NCBI GenBank assembly: GCA_016839445.1
Contig: JAEOUG010000091.1
Location: 1-11,752 of the forward strand
Direction: 5' to 3'
Length of the DNA stretch: 11,752 bases
Source: Candidatus Thorarchaeota archaeon
GTDB taxonomy: Archaea > Asgardarchaeota > Thorarchaeia > Thorarchaeales > Thorarchaeaceae
Part shown: in pieces, positions 7,483 through 11,752 of the stretch
Layout: each line of letters starts with the position of its first letter
Position numbering within the stretch: the stretch's first letter is position 1
The notes under the pieces: generated by a model
What the model was told of the DNA's origin: nothing
Seen by the model: only the letters and a program-made list of their open reading frames with translations
Database searches by the model: none
Program-made: the position numbers and the translations under genes

Positions 7483-7503
7483 TAGACAGATCCACACAGT
7501 CCA
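7474..7503 (-). terminator. Stem-loop 10 nt after the acyl-CoA dehydrogenase stop (3' end or stability element)
   Basis: Minus strand UGGACUGUGUGGA-UCUG-UCUACGCAGUCCA: a 13 bp stem including two G-U pairs that form only on the minus strand. It is followed by a pyrimidine-rich tract that is not poly-U. Confidence 0.5.
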
Positions 7504-7513
7504 AGTCATTCGA

Positions 7514-8716
7514 CTACATTGTGGGAGCGTCTCTTCCCTCATACTTGAACCTGAAGCCAGTGTCAAGATTCACGCTCTCTTTCAGGATGGCACTTCCTGC
7601 TACGAGACGCTGGACCTGGTTGGTCCCCTCGTAGATTTGGAGCAGCTTAGCATCACGCATGAGTTTCTCAGCTGGATACTCACTGATGTAGCCATAGCCA
7701 CCCATGATCTGGACGCACTCGATAGCATTCTGCATTGCTGCATCAGAGGCGAAGAACTTGGCGAACGCAGAGTCCTTTGAGTTCGGTTCTCCCTGGTCAG
7801 CAAGCCACGCGGCATACCGAGTCTGCCATCGCGCTGCCGCAGCCTTTGCCCCCATATCGGCCAGAGTGAAGCTGATTCCCTGGAATCTACCAATAGGCTG
7901 GCCAAACTGGTGTCGAATATTGGCGAACTTCGCCGCCTCATCAACTGCCCTCTGTGCAACGCCGGTGGCGATTGCGGCAATCCCTGCCCGCGTCTTGTCC
8001 AGAGTCATCATTGCGATCTTGAACCCGTCGCCTTCTTTCCCAACAAGGCAGTCCTTCGGAACACGCGCGTCCTCGAAGATGACTTCGCTCTGGACCGAAT
8101 TGAGCTGTCCCACCTTGTTTTCTACATGGCCAATCTTGACGTTCTTGCTCTTGGGCACCATGAAGACAGACAGGCCCTTGTGCTTGAGTTCGGGCTGAGT
8201 TGTAGCGAAGACGGTGAACAGAGATGCAACAGGGCCGTTTGTGATCCAGCACTTCAGGCCGTTGAGGACATACTCATCGCCATCTCGAACAGCTCTTGTG
8301 GCGACCGCCGCCGCGTCTGATCCTGCCTTTCTCTCTGTTAGACAAAAGGCACCAAACTTGGCTTCCTTGCCAGTGATGAGCGGCTCGACGTACGTCTTGA
8401 GTTGCTCAGTTGTTGCTCCAATCACGAGAGGAGCGAAAGCAAGGTTGTTGCACATTATAGATGTGGCCAATCCTGCGCAACCATATCCTGTGGCCTCGGA
8501 CACAAGGGTCTCAGAGAGCAACGAGAGACCAGGTCCCCCAGCCTCCTTCGGTATGTGCAGGTTCATGAGTCCTGCCTCATAGGCCTTCTGAACCACATCT
8601 TTGGGGAACTCGTTGCGTGCCTCGAGCTCATGTGCCTTTGGTGTTATGTGCTCTGCTGTGAACGTCCTAGCTCGTTCCAGCAGCTTCTGTTCCTTTTCCG
8701 ACAGTGAGAAGTCCAT
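7514..8716 (-). CDS. Acyl-CoA dehydrogenase (short/medium-chain type)
   Basis: FCLTE..AGSD, LNGLKCWITNG, R.QFG.PI..FQ, QIMGGYGY and catalytic Glu in IYEGTNQVQR. Start ATG8716; TTG8722 is an alternative. Confidence 0.96.
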   Translation of the reverse strand: MDFSLSEKEQKLLERARTFTAEHITPKAHELEARNEFPKDVVQKAYEAGLMNLHIPKEAGGPGLSLLSETLVSEATGYGCAGLATSIMCNNLAFAPLVIGATTEQLKTYVEPLITGKEAKFGAFCLTERKAGSDAAAVATRAVRDGDEYVLNGLKCWITNGPVASLFTVFATTQPELKHKGLSVFMVPKSKNVKIGHVENKVGQLNSVQSEVIFEDARVPKDCLVGKEGDGFKIAMMTLDKTRAGIAAIATGVAQRAVDEAAKFANIRHQFGQPIGRFQGISFTLADMGAKAAAARWQTRYAAWLADQGEPNSKDSAFAKFFASDAAMQNAIECVQIMGGYGYISEYPAEKLMRDAKLLQIYEGTNQVQRLVAGSAILKESVNLDTGFRFKYEGRDAPTM

Positions 8717-8735
8717 CGTCAATCGCGTTTCGGCA

Positions 8736-8750
8736 TTAGGTCCGGCTTAT
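8736..8750 (-). promoter_or_regulatory. Putative BRE/TATA for acyl-CoA dehydrogenase (leaderless-type spacing)
   Basis: Minus strand CGAAGACATAATAAG, with TAATAA about 21-26 nt upstream of ATG8716; no RBS visible. Confidence 0.4.
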
Positions 8751-8789
8751 TATGTCTTCGGAGCGAGCTGTCTGGATGTGAATGAGCTG

Positions 8790-9158
8790 CTACTCCTGAG
8801 CCTGCCACGGCGTATGTGGTGCTGCAGGTTTCCAACCGACCCACCATCCCAAGATCGCGCCCAGCAGGCTTGTTGCCACCATGGTCGTCCCCAACATGGC
8901 CGAGTACGGGAACCACATTGGGACCACGTCAGAGTAGACCTGGAACTCTGGCAAGAAGACACACAGAACGAGCTCTCTGAATTCGGGGACAATCACTCCT
9001 GTACCTCGGATGACAAACAGCGGATACATCAGGGGGACCAATAGGAACGCCGACAGGAGGCCTACAACTGCGCCCAGTGATAGCGCAACGACTAGTGAGA
9101 GATACCTGCGACTTGTAGCTCTACTCAGAACATACCCCAGTACAATTGAGAGGATCAT
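8790..9158 (-). CDS. Small hypothetical membrane protein (about 3 TM)
   Basis: 122 aa with strongly hydrophobic segments; occupies an otherwise empty ~590 nt gap. The start is uncertain. Confidence 0.65.
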   Translation of the reverse strand: MILSIVLGYVLSRATSRRYLSLVVALSLGAVVGLLSAFLLVPLMYPLFVIRGTGVIVPEFRELVLCVFLPEFQVYSDVVPMWFPYSAMLGTTMVATSLLGAILGWWVGWKPAAPHTPWQAQE

Positions 9159-9255
9159 TTGAGCAAACCCATGATTGTATTACTTCGAAGTGCTAAAAGG
9201 CTAGCTAATCGCGTACGAGCCTCTTGAGACTTCAGGAGTGCATAATCCCTCACAG

Positions 9256-9263
9256 TTTTTATA
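9256..9263 (+). promoter_or_regulatory. TATA box for the thiolase-DUF35 operon
   Basis: TTTTTATA about 47 nt upstream of TTG9310; RBS GAGAGGTG at 9292-9299. Confidence 0.55.
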
Positions 9264-9309
9264 GGAGCTTCTTTTCTTCGCGCCTATCCTAGAGAGGTGT
9301 TGCGGAACC

Positions 9310-10482
9310 TTGCCCCTAAAGAACACGAATATTGTGAGCGCCGCCCAGACGAAATTCGGGGCACTTGAAGGCGTGTCCTTGAGAGAGATGTTCTCCGAGG
9401 CTGTCGACAAGGCCACAATTGGTGCTGGAATCCCCAAGAAGGACATTCAGGCGGCATTCATTGGAACATTCATACCAGAGATGCTTGTACATCAAGGACA
9501 CACGGCTCCACTCCTGCTTGACTACGCAGGTCTGAGGGGTCTACCCGCTACGAGGCATGAGGCGGCCTGCGCATCTGGCGCCACAGCACTGCGGGCTGCG
9601 ATAATGGCCATCGAGTCAGGAATGTACGATACTGTCCTTGTCGCTGGTGCCGAGAAGATGACTTCTGTCACAACCAACAAGGCCACTGAGGCCCTAGCCG
9701 CAGCCGCTGACGATGAGTTTGAGTCTAGTATAGGGCTCACCTTCCCCGGTGTGTTTGGCATCGCAGCCGTTGCGCACATGCAGAAGTATGGAACCACCGA
9801 GGAAGACATGGCACGTGTTGCTGTGAAGGCCCACAAGAACGCCTCCACTAATCCCCTTGCCCAGTTCCAGAAGGAGATCACACTTGAGAAAGCATTGACG
9901 CCACGGTACATTGCCTGGCCTCTGAAGCTCTTTGATTGCTCTCCGATCTCAGATGGAGCTGCAGCATTGGTCGTTACTTCCAATGAAAAGGCGAAGGAGT
10001 ACACAGACCTTCCTGTCAAGATAGTCGGAAGCGGACAAGCCTCTGCCTCAATGAACCTATGCGAACGGTCAGAGCTGGCTTCCTTCCCTGCATCTGTCAG
10101 TGCAGGCAAAGCCGCCTACAATATGGCCGGTATGACCGCGAAGGACATGGACTTCGCCATAGTTCATGATTGCTTCACCATTGCCGAGTTGATTGCCACG
10201 GAGGATTTGGGTCTCTTCAAGCCCGGAGAGGCCGCGAAGGCTGTGGCGGAAGGTGTCACCGCTCTTGATGGCGACCGTCCTGTGAATCCCATGGGTGGCC
10301 TGAAGGCTGTAGGTCATCCTGTTGGTGCAACTGGTGTCAAGCAGATCGTTGTTGGCTATAGAGAGCTTCTCGGGGACGCTGGGCCGAACCAGGTGCCGAA
10401 GCATGACAAGTGCATAGTCCACAACTTCGGAGGCACAGGAGCCTCGTGTGTTGTGACAATCATGAGGAGGGGTGATGCATGA
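9310..10482 (+). CDS. Archaeal/SCP2-type thiolase (acetyl-CoA C-acyltransferase)
   Basis: Nucleophile Cys in EAACASG, GAEKM, DCSPISDGAAA, HDCF, GHPVGATG and C-terminal HNFGG. Confidence 0.95.
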   Translation: MPLKNTNIVSAAQTKFGALEGVSLREMFSEAVDKATIGAGIPKKDIQAAFIGTFIPEMLVHQGHTAPLLLDYAGLRGLPATRHEAACASGATALRAAIMAIESGMYDTVLVAGAEKMTSVTTNKATEALAAAADDEFESSIGLTFPGVFGIAAVAHMQKYGTTEEDMARVAVKAHKNASTNPLAQFQKEITLEKALTPRYIAWPLKLFDCSPISDGAAALVVTSNEKAKEYTDLPVKIVGSGQASASMNLCERSELASFPASVSAGKAAYNMAGMTAKDMDFAIVHDCFTIAELIATEDLGLFKPGEAAKAVAEGVTALDGDRPVNPMGGLKAVGHPVGATGVKQIVVGYRELLGDAGPNQVPKHDKCIVHNFGGTGASCVVTIMRRGDA

Positions 10483-10868
10483 GCGAGCATCCGACGATTG
10501 AGCAGTACGAGAAGAGCATACAAGAGGGCCATTACAGAGCCTACAAGTGTGTTGACTGCGGCGCGGTCTTGGCGCTTCCAGCGGGCACATGTTATGGCTG
10601 CGGCAGCAACAAGATGGATTGGACTGATGTGAGCGGGAAAGGGAAACTCATTTCCTTCACCGTGATTCATATCGCTCCAGACGAGTTTGCTGATGAGGCT
10701 CCTTACTACGTCGCGATAGTTGAGCTTGAGGAAGGTTCGCGCATTAGTGCAAGACTCAGTGGCTTCGACCCGTTGAAGCCAGAAGAGGTCAAGCTTGGCA
10801 TTCCCCTAGTCCTTGCATATGAGAAGGGGAAGTCCGGGAAGACCTACCTTGCCTTCAAGGCGGCATAG
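10479..10868 (+). CDS. DUF35 family Zn-ribbon/OB-fold protein (thiolase partner, acyl-CoA binding)
   Basis: CxxC...CxxC (CVDC, CYGC), SGKGKLISFTVIH and APYYVAIVELEEG; ATGA overlap with the thiolase stop; GGAGGGGTGA RBS. Confidence 0.94.
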   Translation: MSEHPTIEQYEKSIQEGHYRAYKCVDCGAVLALPAGTCYGCGSNKMDWTDVSGKGKLISFTVIHIAPDEFADEAPYYVAIVELEEGSRISARLSGFDPLKPEEVKLGIPLVLAYEKGKSGKTYLAFKAA

Positions 10869-10870
10869 CA

Positions 10871-10943
10871 GTGCCAAGAAGATGGGGGCCGTAACGGCCC
10901 CGTCTCATTGGCGACTTCGGGCGGTCTCTTCATTAGCCCGAAG
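10871..10943 (+). other. Tandem GC-rich stem-loops in the intergenic region
   Basis: Hairpin 1: core GGGGCCG-TAA-CGGCCCC (10885-10901), extendable with bulges to GCCAA/TTGGC (10873-10912). Hairpin 2: CTTCGGGC (10915-10922) pairs with GCCCGAAG (10936-10943). Confidence 0.7.
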
Positions 10944-10989
10944 CTAGTCTAGATTGTCCGAGTGACCGGGACCAGAGGAGGACAGAAGT

Positions 10990-11752
10990 TTGATCAACAA
11001 GGAGTTCCAGAGCGAGATTCGATTCAGTCCACGATTTGGCAGGATGACCTTCAAAGAGCATGCTCGTGGGCTAAAAGCCAGCTATGAGCCGGAGCTGCTG
11101 AGGAAGTACCTGCCGCCTACTTCTGGTGTTCTTGATGGCGACAGGTCTCTTGCTCGCTCATTGAAGGGTATCATTCCTGATAGCACACGAGAGGCTCTTG
11201 AGGTCACGGAATTCGTGGGAGTATACGGTCGGGTCCTCCGCCAGGTTGACGCCCCTGGGACAATGTGTCTGCAGTACCTGTATGTCTGGGACTATCAAGC
11301 GGTCCCTGAGCATGAGTGCGACTACGAGCCTGTATTTGTCTATGTGGCTGAAGATGCTTCTTACATCATCTATGACTTGGTCCACTACTGCTCTAGACGC
11401 GTCGAATCAATCACTCAAGACGGCAAGAGCGTAGGACTCCGCACCATACCCGGATGGCACTCATTTCTACCTTCAAGTGATGTCAGTGGTCCGGATCGTA
11501 TAGACCGCATTGAGCCCCTCTCCGATCAGCACCTCAAGACATGGTGGTCCATCCCTGATGAAGAGGCACGATTCAAGATTGATGGTCGCATTAGGGACCC
11601 ATTTCTCATGGAGGCTCCAGGGCACTTCTTGGACAAGCCTGATGAGAACGCTCAGACAATATGCTGCACGTTCTGGGAGATAGAGAAGGCCCTCAACGAG
11701 TTCGATGACCCGAAGCAAGCAGTCATTGAGGGGTCCAAACGCGCCTTGGCCA
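10990..11752 (+). CDS. Hypothetical protein with NPP1/Vps62-like motifs (C-terminus beyond the window)
   Basis: Not in the ORF track because it has no stop in the window. TTG10990 has AGAGGAGGA 7 nt upstream and is open for 254 codons: MINKEFQSEIRFSPRFG...GVYGRV...MCLQYLYVWDYQAVPEHECDYEPVFVYV...YDLVHY...PGWHSF. Confidence 0.85.
   Translation, partial: MINKEFQSEIRFSPRFGRMTFKEHARGLKASYEPELLRKYLPPTSGVLDGDRSLARSLKGIIPDSTREALEVTEFVGVYGRVLRQVDAPGTMCLQYLYVWDYQAVPEHECDYEPVFVYVAEDASYIIYDLVHYCSRRVESITQDGKSVGLRTIPGWHSFLPSSDVSGPDRIDRIEPLSDQHLKTWWSIPDEEARFKIDGRIRDPFLMEAPGHFLDKPDENAQTICCTFWEIEKALNEFDDPKQAVIEGSKRALA

Noticed and set aside
7460-10670. Many long antisense or alternate-frame ORFs (e.g. 7704-8198, 8601-9044, 9522-10109, 10069-10590)
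   Set aside because: They are shadows of well-supported genes, with Ser/Pro/Arg-rich composition and no recognisable motifs.
10873-10912. Possible SECIS element (GAA on the 5' arm of a 3'-UTR hairpin)
   Set aside because: There is no in-frame TGA at a Cys-equivalent position in the thiolase, DUF35 or the visible part of the downstream gene, and the motif match is weak.
11158-11718. Short ORFs 11158-11385 (-), 11198-11434 (+) and 11473-11718 (-)
   Set aside because: All lie inside the longer RBS-supported frame starting at TTG10990.

Overview
Gene-dense archaeal chromosomal window with 12 complete and 2 edge-truncated CDS. I found no RNA genes, mobile elements or CRISPR arrays. TATA-like boxes, GGAGG/GAGGT ribosome-binding sites, frequent TTG/GTG starts and an archaeal-type thiolase-DUF35 pair indicate an archaeon; Asgard/Thorarchaeia-like is my inference, not shown. 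Contents in window order: (i) a minus-strand SAM methyltransferase and gamma-carbonic-anhydrase-family pair; (ii) a 4-TM hypothetical protein; (iii) a minus-strand run, in transcription order, of a small membrane protein, acyl-CoA dehydrogenase, ABC-2-type ATPase and permease, nitroreductase, V4R-like protein and a divergent LeuA/CimA/homocitrate-synthase-family enzyme lacking the allosteric domain; (iv) a divergent thiolase and DUF35 pair; (v) a truncated gene missing from the ORF track, with NPP1/Vps62-like motifs. The best novelty candidates are the nitroreductase/V4R-like/divergent synthase cassette, the NPP1/Vps62-like protein, and two structured intergenic elements (7438-7503 with two mutually exclusive folds, and 10871-10972 with tandem hairpins).
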